This document shows positions 35,806-44,853 of a stretch of 64,000 nt of DNA, in pieces (positions within the stretch are counted from its first letter, which is position 1; every line of letters starts with the position of its first letter). Source of the DNA: an uncultured delta proteobacterium (GTDB lineage Bacteria; Desulfobacterota; Syntrophia; Syntrophales; Smithellaceae); the NCBI GenBank assembly GCA_963851005.1, contig CAWKNI010000002.1:76253-140252 (forward strand), read 5' to 3'. Below the pieces are notes generated by a model, which saw only the letters and a list, made by a program, of their open reading frames with translations, had not been told where the DNA came from and searched no databases. The translations under genes were made by a program, and so were the position numbers.

Positions 35806-38115
35806 TTATTTAATACAGACGCGGCGCACCTGTGTAATATCGGTAAGACCTTCGAAGGCCTTTAAAATGCCATCTTGTAAAAGTGTCGTCATGCCTTCGC
35901 TCATGGCTTTATTCCGCATGACTTCCACCGTTTCATGAATTTGCACCATTCTCTTAATATCCTCGGAGGCGATTAAAAGTTCATGGATAGCAGCTCTGCC
36001 GATATATCCGGTTTTGTCGCAAAAATCACAACCCTTCGGCCGGTATAGCTTGAAGTCGTCATTGTAAGGAATATTTAATTTATTGAAAGCTTCCTGACCA
36101 TAGGCTTCGGCAATATCCTCGTATTCTTCCTTTGAGGGATGGTACTGCTCCTTGCATCTCTGGCAAAGAGTTCTTACAAGGCGCTGGGCAAGAATGCCCA
36201 ATAAAGCGTCGGCAAAGTTCAGAGGGTCGATGCCCATATCCAGCAGGCGCACAATAGTTTCCGAGGCGCTGTTGGTATGCAAACTGGTGAACACGAGATG
36301 GCCGGTCAGGGAGGCCTCAACGCCTATTTTGGCTGTTTCGAAATCACGCATTTCACCGACCATGATAATGTCAGGATCAGCACGCAAAAAGGAGCGCATA
36401 GCGGCGGCAAAATCGAAGCCGATCTTATGTTGCACCTGTACTTGACGCAAACCGTATTGGGTAATTTCTACCGGGTCTTCCGCCGTCCATATTTTTCTGT
36501 TCGGTTTATTAATATGGTGCAGGGCCGCATGCAGCGTGGTTGTTTTACCGCAGCCGCTGGGGCCAACGCACAAAATCATGCCGTAAGGCTTGGAAATAAT
36601 ATTAACCATCTCTTTGTAATTGCGCGGCAATAAATCCATCTCTTCCAGTGGTATGGTTTCGCCTTCAGACAAACTTCCACCTAAAATACGCATCACCAAA
36701 TCTTCCATGCCGCCTTGAGTTGGAATTGTCGTTACACGCAATTCAAATTCATCTCCGGTGGGGCGCCTGAATTTAATCTTCCCGTCCTGCGGCAGTCTTT
36801 TAACGGTAATATCCAGATTCGACATGATTTTGATGCGCGAATTAATAGCCTCACGGTAGCTGAAAGGAAGAGTTTGATAAAGAGCGCAGACTCCGTCAAC
36901 ACGGAACCGAATCTCCACATTTTTTTTGTCTGCATGAGGTTCAACATGTATATCCGAAGCGCGGCGACCATAAGCATCATTAATAATTTTATTGACTAGC
37001 TGCATGATGATACTGTCCGATTCGGTGACTATTTCGCCGTCTTCATCTTCTTCCGGCGTCGAATCCTCACCTTCCATTTTACCCAATATTTCTGTAAAAG
37101 AATGTTCATCCGCGGGAGAACTGAAAAAGAGATTGATGTATTTAATTATATCTTCCTCTAAGGCGACATCATATTTTATCTGTTTGGTTTTTAAAAGATG
37201 TTCTATGGTGTCTTTCTTAATAAGGTTGTTCGGATCATCCATGATTACATGAATCTTGTCACCGATCGTTTCCAGAGGCACCCAGAGTTCACGGCGCAGG
37301 TAATTCTTTTTTAAATTCTTAATTAAATGGCCGGGAATAGGTATTTTTTCATTATATCTAATAAAACGGCAGTTATAAAATTCCTCGAAAGCTTTACCAA
37401 TATCATCTTTGGATATCTTGTATTTGCTTATGAGGTAATCTTCTATTACTTCTTTCTTTTCCCGTGATTCTTTCCATGCGCTTTCCAACTCCTCTTCTTT
37501 GAGCAGATCGTGGTTGATTAAATAATCAAACCGCGTTTTCCGTTGACGCACAAAACGTTGTTGGTTGTAAAAGGCAACGCCGAGAACCTCGGCAATTTCA
37601 AGCGCCAAACCTATTTCCTCTTCGGAAAATTTCCCCTCGCCAACCTTTTTGTTGAGAATTTGGATGACACCCATGAGTTGATTGCTATTGTAAATTGGAG
37701 CGGCAAGAACTTGCCTGGTTTTAAAGCCTGTTTTTTTATCCCAGTTATCATCGAAACTTAATTCAGCTTCTATATTCTTAAGTTCTTTTTGATTGTAGGC
37801 ATTTTCAATATTAATGACCGTACCCGTGTTGGCTACATAACCGGCGATACTTTTATTATTGATTGGCAATCTGATTTCTTTGAGTTGTGTGCCGGCCAGA
37901 AGCAAGGAATAAATTTCATTGCGTAATTTATCGACCACGTAAATGGTTATGGAATGGGCGTTAAAAAGATTGAGAATGCCGTTTTTTAAATCGACAAGGA
38001 TTTGTTTGATATTCTGCGCAGCATGAATACGGTTGGTTATATCCAATAAATCCTTGCGTATCTGGGGATTACCATTCATGGCTGTTGAAGATGATGGTTT
38101 TAACTGACCGTTCAT
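35806..38115 (-). CDS. GAF-domain GspE/PilB-family secretion ATPase, paralogue 1 (variant Walker A GPSGCGKTT)
   Basis: N-terminal GAF (ITIYVVDKLRNEIY..AGYVANTGTVINIENAY..GVIQILNKK), T2SSE_N-like region, Walker A, DPDIIMVGEMRD, TGHLVFTSLHTNSA, and a tetra-Cys cluster CQRC...CDFC. Confidence 0.9.
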   Translation of the reverse strand: MNGQLKPSSSTAMNGNPQIRKDLLDITNRIHAAQNIKQILVDLKNGILNLFNAHSITIYVVDKLRNEIYSLLLAGTQLKEIRLPINNKSIAGYVANTGTVINIENAYNQKELKNIEAELSFDDNWDKKTGFKTRQVLAAPIYNSNQLMGVIQILNKKVGEGKFSEEEIGLALEIAEVLGVAFYNQQRFVRQRKTRFDYLINHDLLKEEELESAWKESREKKEVIEDYLISKYKISKDDIGKAFEEFYNCRFIRYNEKIPIPGHLIKNLKKNYLRRELWVPLETIGDKIHVIMDDPNNLIKKDTIEHLLKTKQIKYDVALEEDIIKYINLFFSSPADEHSFTEILGKMEGEDSTPEEDEDGEIVTESDSIIMQLVNKIINDAYGRRASDIHVEPHADKKNVEIRFRVDGVCALYQTLPFSYREAINSRIKIMSNLDITVKRLPQDGKIKFRRPTGDEFELRVTTIPTQGGMEDLVMRILGGSLSEGETIPLEEMDLLPRNYKEMVNIISKPYGMILCVGPSGCGKTTTLHAALHHINKPNRKIWTAEDPVEITQYGLRQVQVQHKIGFDFAAAMRSFLRADPDIIMVGEMRDFETAKIGVEASLTGHLVFTSLHTNSASETIVRLLDMGIDPLNFADALLGILAQRLVRTLCQRCKEQYHPSKEEYEDIAEAYGQEAFNKLNIPYNDDFKLYRPKGCDFCDKTGYIGRAAIHELLIASEDIKRMVQIHETVEVMRNKAMSEGMTTLLQDGILKAFEGLTDITQVRRVCIK

Positions 38116-38125
38116 GAAGTAATTT
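36938..38125. repeat. 1188-bp segment identical to 39314-40501 in every stretch I compared (5' part of paralogue 1 plus 10 nt upstream)
   Basis: Constant offset of 2376 nt. The encoded first ~392 aa are identical, and antisense ORFs 36992-37252/39368-39628 and 37543-37761/39919-40137 translate identically. Confidence 0.9.
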
Positions 38126-38193
38126 TACCCTTAATATATTGAATTAAATTCTTTCACTATATGAATAGAACCAAGGAATTAGGGAAAATAAAG

Positions 38194-40491
38194 TTATCTA
38201 ATACAAACGCGGTACACCTGAGTAACATCGGTAAGACCTTTGATGGTCTTTAGAAGACCGTCTTGTAAAAGTGTCGTCATGCCCTCGCTCATGGCTTTAT
38301 TCCGTATGACTTCCACAGTCTCATGTTTTTGCACCATTCTCTTAATAGCATCGGTGCCGATTAACAATTCATGGATAGCGACTCTGCCTCTATATCCGGT
38401 ATTGTCGCAGTCATCACAACCCTTCGGCCGGTATAGCTTGAAGTCGTCATTGTAAGGAATATTTAATTTATTGAAAGCTTCCTGACCGTAGCCTTCAGCG
38501 ATGTCGTCGTATTCTTTCTTCGGAGGATGATATTGTTCCTTGCATTTTTTGCAAAGAGTTCTTACAAGACGCTGGGCAAGAATGCCCAATAAAGCGTCGG
38601 CAAAATTAAAAGGGTCAATGCCCATATCCAGTAGGCGCACAACAGTTTCCGGGGCGCTGTTGGTATGCAGAGTGCTGAACACCAGATGACCGGTCAGGGA
38701 TGCCTCAACGCCTATTTTGGCTGTTTCGAAATCACGCATTTCACCGACCATAATAACGTCAGGATCAGCACGCAAAAAGGAGCGCATAGCGGCGGCAAAA
38801 TCAAAACCGATCTTAGATTGCACCTGTACTTGACGCAAACCGTGTTGGGTAATTTCTACCGGGTCTTCCGCCGTCCATATTTTTCTGTCCGGTTTATTAA
38901 TATGGTGCAGGGCTGCATGCAACGTGGTTGTTTTACCGGAACCTGTAGGGCCGACGCACAAAATAATGCCGTAAGGCTTGGAAATAATATTAACCATCTC
39001 TTTGTAAGTATTCGGCGATAAAGCCATCTCTTCCAGTGGCATGGTGTCGCCTTTAGCCAAAATACGCATCACCACATCTTCCACCTCTCCCTGGGTGGGA
39101 ATTGTAGCTACACGCAATTCAATTTCATTTCCGGTGGGGCGCCTGAATTTAATCTTCCCGTCCTGCGGCAGTCTTTTAACGGTAATATCCAGATTCGACA
39201 TGATTTTGATGCGCGAAATAAGGGCGGCGCGGTAACTGAAAGGAAGAGTTTGATAAAGAGCGCAGTCTCCGTCAACACGGAACCGAATCTCCACATTTTT
39301 TTTACCTACATTGGGTTCAACATGTATATCCGAAGCGCGGCGACCATAAGCATCATTAATAATTTTATTGACTAGCTGCATGATGATACTGTCCGATTCG
39401 GTGACTATTTCGCCGTCTTCATCTTCTTCCGGCGTCGAATCCTCACCTTCCATTTTACCCAATATTTCTGTAAAAGAATGTTCATCCGCGGGAGAACTGA
39501 AAAAGAGATTGATGTATTTAATTATATCTTCCTCTAAGGCGACATCATATTTTATCTGTTTGGTTTTTAAAAGATGTTCTATGGTGTCTTTCTTAATAAG
39601 GTTGTTCGGATCATCCATGATTACATGAATCTTGTCACCGATCGTTTCCAGAGGCACCCAGAGTTCACGGCGCAGGTAATTCTTTTTTAAATTCTTAATT
39701 AAATGGCCGGGAATAGGTATTTTTTCATTATATCTAATAAAACGGCAGTTATAAAATTCCTCGAAAGCTTTACCAATATCATCTTTGGATATCTTGTATT
39801 TGCTTATGAGGTAATCTTCTATTACTTCTTTCTTTTCCCGTGATTCTTTCCATGCGCTTTCCAACTCCTCTTCTTTGAGCAGATCGTGGTTGATTAAATA
39901 ATCAAACCGCGTTTTCCGTTGACGCACAAAACGTTGTTGGTTGTAAAAGGCAACGCCGAGAACCTCGGCAATTTCAAGCGCCAAACCTATTTCCTCTTCG
40001 GAAAATTTCCCCTCGCCAACCTTTTTGTTGAGAATTTGGATGACACCCATGAGTTGATTGCTATTGTAAATTGGAGCGGCAAGAACTTGCCTGGTTTTAA
40101 AGCCTGTTTTTTTATCCCAGTTATCATCGAAACTTAATTCAGCTTCTATATTCTTAAGTTCTTTTTGATTGTAGGCATTTTCAATATTAATGACCGTACC
40201 CGTGTTGGCTACATAACCGGCGATACTTTTATTATTGATTGGCAATCTGATTTCTTTGAGTTGTGTGCCGGCCAGAAGCAAGGAATAAATTTCATTGCGT
40301 AATTTATCGACCACGTAAATGGTTATGGAATGGGCGTTAAAAAGATTGAGAATGCCGTTTTTTAAATCGACAAGGATTTGTTTGATATTCTGCGCAGCAT
40401 GAATACGGTTGGTTATATCCAATAAATCCTTGCGTATCTGGGGATTACCATTCATGGCTGTTGAAGATGATGGTTTTAACTGACCGTTCAT
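38194..40491 (-). CDS. GAF-domain GspE/PilB-family secretion ATPase, paralogue 2 (canonical Walker A GPTGSGKTT)
   Basis: Same architecture as paralogue 1. I place the start at ATG 40491, the same MNGQLKP start as paralogue 1, rather than TTG 40518. Confidence 0.9.
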   Translation of the reverse strand: MNGQLKPSSSTAMNGNPQIRKDLLDITNRIHAAQNIKQILVDLKNGILNLFNAHSITIYVVDKLRNEIYSLLLAGTQLKEIRLPINNKSIAGYVANTGTVINIENAYNQKELKNIEAELSFDDNWDKKTGFKTRQVLAAPIYNSNQLMGVIQILNKKVGEGKFSEEEIGLALEIAEVLGVAFYNQQRFVRQRKTRFDYLINHDLLKEEELESAWKESREKKEVIEDYLISKYKISKDDIGKAFEEFYNCRFIRYNEKIPIPGHLIKNLKKNYLRRELWVPLETIGDKIHVIMDDPNNLIKKDTIEHLLKTKQIKYDVALEEDIIKYINLFFSSPADEHSFTEILGKMEGEDSTPEEDEDGEIVTESDSIIMQLVNKIINDAYGRRASDIHVEPNVGKKNVEIRFRVDGDCALYQTLPFSYRAALISRIKIMSNLDITVKRLPQDGKIKFRRPTGNEIELRVATIPTQGEVEDVVMRILAKGDTMPLEEMALSPNTYKEMVNIISKPYGIILCVGPTGSGKTTTLHAALHHINKPDRKIWTAEDPVEITQHGLRQVQVQSKIGFDFAAAMRSFLRADPDVIMVGEMRDFETAKIGVEASLTGHLVFSTLHTNSAPETVVRLLDMGIDPFNFADALLGILAQRLVRTLCKKCKEQYHPPKKEYDDIAEGYGQEAFNKLNIPYNDDFKLYRPKGCDDCDNTGYRGRVAIHELLIGTDAIKRMVQKHETVEVIRNKAMSEGMTTLLQDGLLKTIKGLTDVTQVYRVCIR

Positions 40492-40501
40492 GAAGTAATT
40501 T
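39314..40501. repeat. Second copy of the 1188-bp identical segment
   Basis: See the entry for 36938-38125. Confidence 0.9.
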
Positions 40502-40598
40502 CCCCTTAATATCTTCAAACTAATGTTATATTATAGCAGTGATTTATATTAATGTCAATGTGTTTGGTATTGAACGTCTGCTGCGATAAATAAAAAAA

Positions 40599-42671
40599 TT
40601 AACCTGCAGTAACAATTTTAGAAAAGTCGGCAATTTTATGGAAGAGGTCTGATATTTCAGAGAGCAAAGATAAACGGTTGATGCGGATTTTCTCGTCATT
40701 GTCCATAACCATAACGCCATTAAAAAAGGCGTCCACCGGTGGACGCAGCTTAGCAAGCTCACCTAGCGCGAAATTGAAATCTTTTTCAGCGATGCCTTTT
40801 TCTACGCGACTTTTAATATTTTCAAAAGATGAAAATAGATTGATTTCCGCATCATTGGAGAGCAAGTTGACATCGACTTGTCCATTTTTGAAGTCCTTCA
40901 GAATATTGTCTACTCGCTTGAAGGCTATGGAAATCGGTTCAAATTCGGGATTTTGCCGGAATGTTTGCAGTGCTTTGATTTTTTCCAGAGCTAAAACTAC
41001 ATCATTTGCGCCTTCTGCAAGAACTGCATCCACCGTATCGTAGGCAAACCCTTGACTGATAAGTTGATTTTGCAGGCGTCCCTTGAAAAACTCCAGAACA
41101 TCTTTCTTAATTTCGTCTGCCGGTTTTTTCAGAGTTCCCTTAAATAAGGCAATGCTTTCATCAATGAGAAAGTCAAGGGTCAGAGGATAGCGCTTGTCCA
41201 AAATGATATTGATTATCCCCAGAGACTGGCGGCGCAGGGCGTAAGGATCAGCTGTGCCTGACGGCGGCAATCCAACACCGAAAAAACCGACGATGGTATC
41301 GATTTTATCGGCAATGCCGACAATCGCCCCTTCATAAGTCTGAGGCAGATCTCCGCCGGCTACGATAGGAAGGTAATGCTCGTAGATCGCATCGGCAATA
41401 ACTGGATTTTCTCCGGCCAAAAGCGCATATTCGCGTCCCATAATTCCCTGCAGTTCGGAAAACTCTCCCACCATCAGCGATTCCAGATCAGCCTTGGCCA
41501 GGAGCGCCGCCCGGTCAACATTTTTCTTAACGGCCGGTTTCACTTTTTGCGCAATTTTTACGGCAAGCTTTCGGAAGCGCATAACTTTTTGATGGGATGT
41601 GCCCAGTAGCGTATGAAAGACCACTTTTTTGAGCGATTCGATACGGTTCTCTAACGGGACTTTCTGGTCTTCATCAAAGAAGAATGACGCATCAGCCAGA
41701 CGTGCCCGCAGCACTCTTTCATTTCCACGTGCTACAATGGCCAGATCGCGCGCTTTTGTGTTGCTCACTGCAATGAAGTAGGGTAGCAGCTTTCCCTCGT
41801 CATTGATGACAGGGAAGTATTTCTGGTGAGAAATCATTGTGGTGGTGAGGACGTCTTTAGGAATTTTTAAATAGTCCTCGTCAAAGCTTCCGCGGACAAT
41901 GACCGGATATTCTACGATAAAGCTGACCGTATCGAGCAAATCTTCCGTATACAATATTTTGCCGCCGACCTCTGCCGCGGCTCTTTGCGCTTCTTCAAGA
42001 ATCATGTTCTTTCTTTCCGCCGGATCGGCAATGACAGAATTTTGTCTGGTTTTATTCAAATAGTCATTAAAATTAGAAATAGCAAAAGGCTCCGGGCTCA
42101 TGAACCTATGCCCGCGGGAAGTATTGCCGCTGGCGATGTCTTCAATTTTAAGGGGGACGACGTTGCCGTCGTAAAGAGCAAGCAACCAGTGAATTGGCCG
42201 GGCAAATCGCAAATCATAATCAGCCCAGCGCATTGATTTTCTAAAAGGGATAGCCATGAGGAAGCTGATAAGAATTTCCGGTAGAAGAGTTATCGTCGGC
42301 TGTCCGGCAATTGTCTTGTGTGCGCCCAAATACTCGCCTTTTTCAGTGACAATGGTTTCCAGATCGGCGATTTCTATTCCCTGTCCCTTGGCAAAGCCCA
42401 AAGCCGCTTTGGTCGGGTTGCCTTGTTCATCAAAGGCGGCTTTTTGGGCCGGTCCCATTTTTTCTATGGTCTGGTCTTCCTGTTTTTGAGCGATTTCTGC
42501 AATGTAGAGAACCAGGCGGCGCGGCGTGGCCATGCATTTTATGCCGGCAAAGGGAATCCTTTTTTCTGTAAGAGACTTGCGGATGATATCTTCCATATCG
42601 CCTATGGCTTTGGATAAAAACCCGGCGGGAATTTCTTCTGTTCCAATTTCAAAAAGCAGTTTGTTGCTCAT
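40599..42671 (-). CDS. glyS: Glycine--tRNA ligase beta subunit
   Basis: MSNKLLFEIGTEEIPAGF N-terminus, 690 aa, directly downstream of glyQ. Confidence 0.9.
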   Translation of the reverse strand: MSNKLLFEIGTEEIPAGFLSKAIGDMEDIIRKSLTEKRIPFAGIKCMATPRRLVLYIAEIAQKQEDQTIEKMGPAQKAAFDEQGNPTKAALGFAKGQGIEIADLETIVTEKGEYLGAHKTIAGQPTITLLPEILISFLMAIPFRKSMRWADYDLRFARPIHWLLALYDGNVVPLKIEDIASGNTSRGHRFMSPEPFAISNFNDYLNKTRQNSVIADPAERKNMILEEAQRAAAEVGGKILYTEDLLDTVSFIVEYPVIVRGSFDEDYLKIPKDVLTTTMISHQKYFPVINDEGKLLPYFIAVSNTKARDLAIVARGNERVLRARLADASFFFDEDQKVPLENRIESLKKVVFHTLLGTSHQKVMRFRKLAVKIAQKVKPAVKKNVDRAALLAKADLESLMVGEFSELQGIMGREYALLAGENPVIADAIYEHYLPIVAGGDLPQTYEGAIVGIADKIDTIVGFFGVGLPPSGTADPYALRRQSLGIINIILDKRYPLTLDFLIDESIALFKGTLKKPADEIKKDVLEFFKGRLQNQLISQGFAYDTVDAVLAEGANDVVLALEKIKALQTFRQNPEFEPISIAFKRVDNILKDFKNGQVDVNLLSNDAEINLFSSFENIKSRVEKGIAEKDFNFALGELAKLRPPVDAFFNGVMVMDNDEKIRINRLSLLSEISDLFHKIADFSKIVTAG

Positions 42672-42683
42672 TTTTTCTCCACA

Positions 42684-43556
42684 TTAACTATTCTTTAAGA
42701 GAGGATAACCCATTTCTTCACGTTGCTTTAAGTAAAGCTCAGCGCTTAGGCGCGCGAGATTCCTGACTCGGCCGATGTAACTGGTGCGTTCGGCCACGCT
42801 GATAGCTCCGCGGGCATTGAGCAGATTGAATGTATGGGAGCATTTCAAACAATAATCGTAGGCGGGCAGGGCTAAATTCTTTTCAGCAATGCGCAGGGCC
42901 TCCTGTTCGTAAGTGTCAAAGAGTTTACGGAGCATCGGTATGTCGGCAATTTCAAAATTATAAGTGGAAAATTCCACTTCACTCTTATGATGGACATCAC
43001 CGTATTTAACCTTATCTGTCCATTGCAGATCATACACATTGTTGATGCCTTGAATATACATGGCGATGCGTTCGGTGCCGTAAGTCAGTTCGGCACAAAC
43101 GGGTTTGCAGTCCAAACCACCCACTTGCTGGAAATAAGTGAACTGGGATATCTCCATGCCGTCGAGCCATACCTCCCAGCCCAAGCCCCAGGCCCCCAGT
43201 GTCGGAGATTCCCAGTCATCCTCCACAAAGCGGATGTCGTGATCAAGGGGATCAATGCCGAAACTTTTCAGAGAATTAAGATAGAGTTCCTGAATATTAA
43301 CCGGCGATGGTTTAATGATTACCTGATATTGGTAGTAATGCTGGAGCCTATTGGGATTCTCACCATAGCGGCCATCAGTGGGACGGCGTGAAGGTTGGAC
43401 ATAAGCCACTTTCCATGGTTCCGGCCCCAGCGCGCGCAGGCAGGTTGCCGGGTGAAAAGTGCCCGCTCCGACTTCCATATCATAGGGCTGTTGAATAACG
43501 CATCCTTGAGAATGCCAGTATTGTTCGAGGGCAAAAATTAATTCCTGAAAAGTCAC
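42684..43556 (-). CDS. glyQ: Glycine--tRNA ligase alpha subunit
   Basis: [18 protein letters not shown]... The start is set at GTG 43556, 6 nt after the AAGGAG RBS at 43563-43568. The ORF-track extension to 43655 has no homology-like sequence. Confidence 0.9.
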   Translation of the reverse strand: MTFQELIFALEQYWHSQGCVIQQPYDMEVGAGTFHPATCLRALGPEPWKVAYVQPSRRPTDGRYGENPNRLQHYYQYQVIIKPSPVNIQELYLNSLKSFGIDPLDHDIRFVEDDWESPTLGAWGLGWEVWLDGMEISQFTYFQQVGGLDCKPVCAELTYGTERIAMYIQGINNVYDLQWTDKVKYGDVHHKSEVEFSTYNFEIADIPMLRKLFDTYEQEALRIAEKNLALPAYDYCLKCSHTFNLLNARGAISVAERTSYIGRVRNLARLSAELYLKQREEMGYPLLKNS

Positions 43557-43912
43557 AATTTTCTCCTTGTTTTTAACGAAAAAGTGGTCAATGTTGCCAT
43601 ATTTATCTCGATACAAACACGCGGCTAAGTAGCATGTCCGGTTGTATGTTGTCAATATAAAAAGGGTAAAATTGTATTTATTAATTGTTGAAAGCCACTG
43701 AATCGTGAACTCTTGGACGGGGTGATCAAATTATATCATAAAAGATATTAATTCAGCATAGGTTTACGATTCGTTAAGCAATTAATAGTTGACATTCTGT
43801 GAATACTACTTTATGCGTATACAAGACTGTGTGTTTTAAGCGGTAGCGTTTTCTGAGGATTGAGTCTCGCCGATGGCACGACGGCAAAACGAATATTAGC
43901 GGGAGGTGGAGC

Positions 43913-44623
43913 ATGATCAAACTGGCCGTAGTTACTCGTAATGAAAAGTATCTGCAGCAACTTACAAATCGCCTGCGAGGGGAGAAAGATATCAGCATCC
44001 TCAATACCATCATCATCAAAAATCTCGAGAGCGAAGTGGAACAAGTCATTTTCTACATAAAGCAAATGACCGGACAGAGGCCGGATATTTTCCTCTTTGA
44101 TCAGGGCATTTTACGAGATGCGGCGGCCCTGAATTTAGAAATAATCCTTAATTATAGGAATAAATTGCCTAACATGAAGACCATTATCGTCGGCATACGC
44201 TTCAACGAGGAAAATGTTATGGCGATGATGCAGGGAGGCGTGCGGGGATTTTTCCGATTCGAACAGGGCGAAGAGCAACTTGTTAAATGCATTCGAGTGG
44301 TCGCTCGGGGAGAGATATGGCTCGAAGCTGAGCTGATCACACGGGTTTTCGATGAATTTATCAAGGAACTTACGAAGAGAAGAGATCTTCTTAATTCTCT
44401 CACCGAACTGAATTATGAAAAACTTAACATTCTCTCCCCGCGGGAGATGGAGATTATGGGACTGATCAGCAGAAGTATGACTAATGAAGAGATCGCCAAA
44501 AGTCTTTTCATAAGCCCCAAGACCGTCAAGACCCATCTGCGCAATATCTTCGAGAAGGCCGGCATACGGAATCGGGTCGAGGCTGCGCTTTTGTATGCGC
44601 GTCGTACCTTAATGTCGCATTAG
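43913..44623 (+). CDS. LuxR-type HTH regulator with an atypical receiver-like N-terminal domain
   Basis: C-terminal LSPREMEIMGLISRSMTNEEIAKSLFISPKTVKTHLRNIFEKAG. The N-terminus lacks the usual DD acidic pair. Confidence 0.75.
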   Translation: MIKLAVVTRNEKYLQQLTNRLRGEKDISILNTIIIKNLESEVEQVIFYIKQMTGQRPDIFLFDQGILRDAAALNLEIILNYRNKLPNMKTIIVGIRFNEENVMAMMQGGVRGFFRFEQGEEQLVKCIRVVARGEIWLEAELITRVFDEFIKELTKRRDLLNSLTELNYEKLNILSPREMEIMGLISRSMTNEEIAKSLFISPKTVKTHLRNIFEKAGIRNRVEAALLYARRTLMSH

Positions 44624-44636
44624 TTGTTTTCTTCTA

Positions 44637-44761
44637 ATACCAATTCTAAATCAAAGCGCTATTTTTGTTGGCGTCGTTGTCGGCTTCCTCAACGTATGTA
44701 CAATACGCCTCGTCGCCTCCGCCTAGCCGCCTCAATATCACCTTTGATTTAGAAATGGTAT
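44637..44761. repeat. 125-bp palindromic intergenic repeat (MITE/REP-like), reference copy
   Basis: Terminal inverted repeats ATACCAATTCTAAATCAAAG / CTTTGATTTAGAAATGGTAT (1 mismatch) and central hairpin CGTAT-GTACA-ATACG. Confidence 0.85.
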
Positions 44762-44853
44762 AACTCATAAATAAGTCAAGAGGATGACTGATTATGATTT
44801 GATCAGGAAATATTCTCATTTATATTTTTTTACTTCCGTTGATAAAGATAGGG

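Noticed and set aside
35806-40518. Treating the duplicated GspE genes purely as an assembly artefact.
   Set aside because: Both copies are intact ORFs with distinct flanks, and their 3' halves are consistently diverged yet retain the motifs. That pattern is not what a collapsed or duplicated contig end produces. Chimerism of the identical 1.19-kb part cannot be excluded without reads, so this is flagged in the finding.
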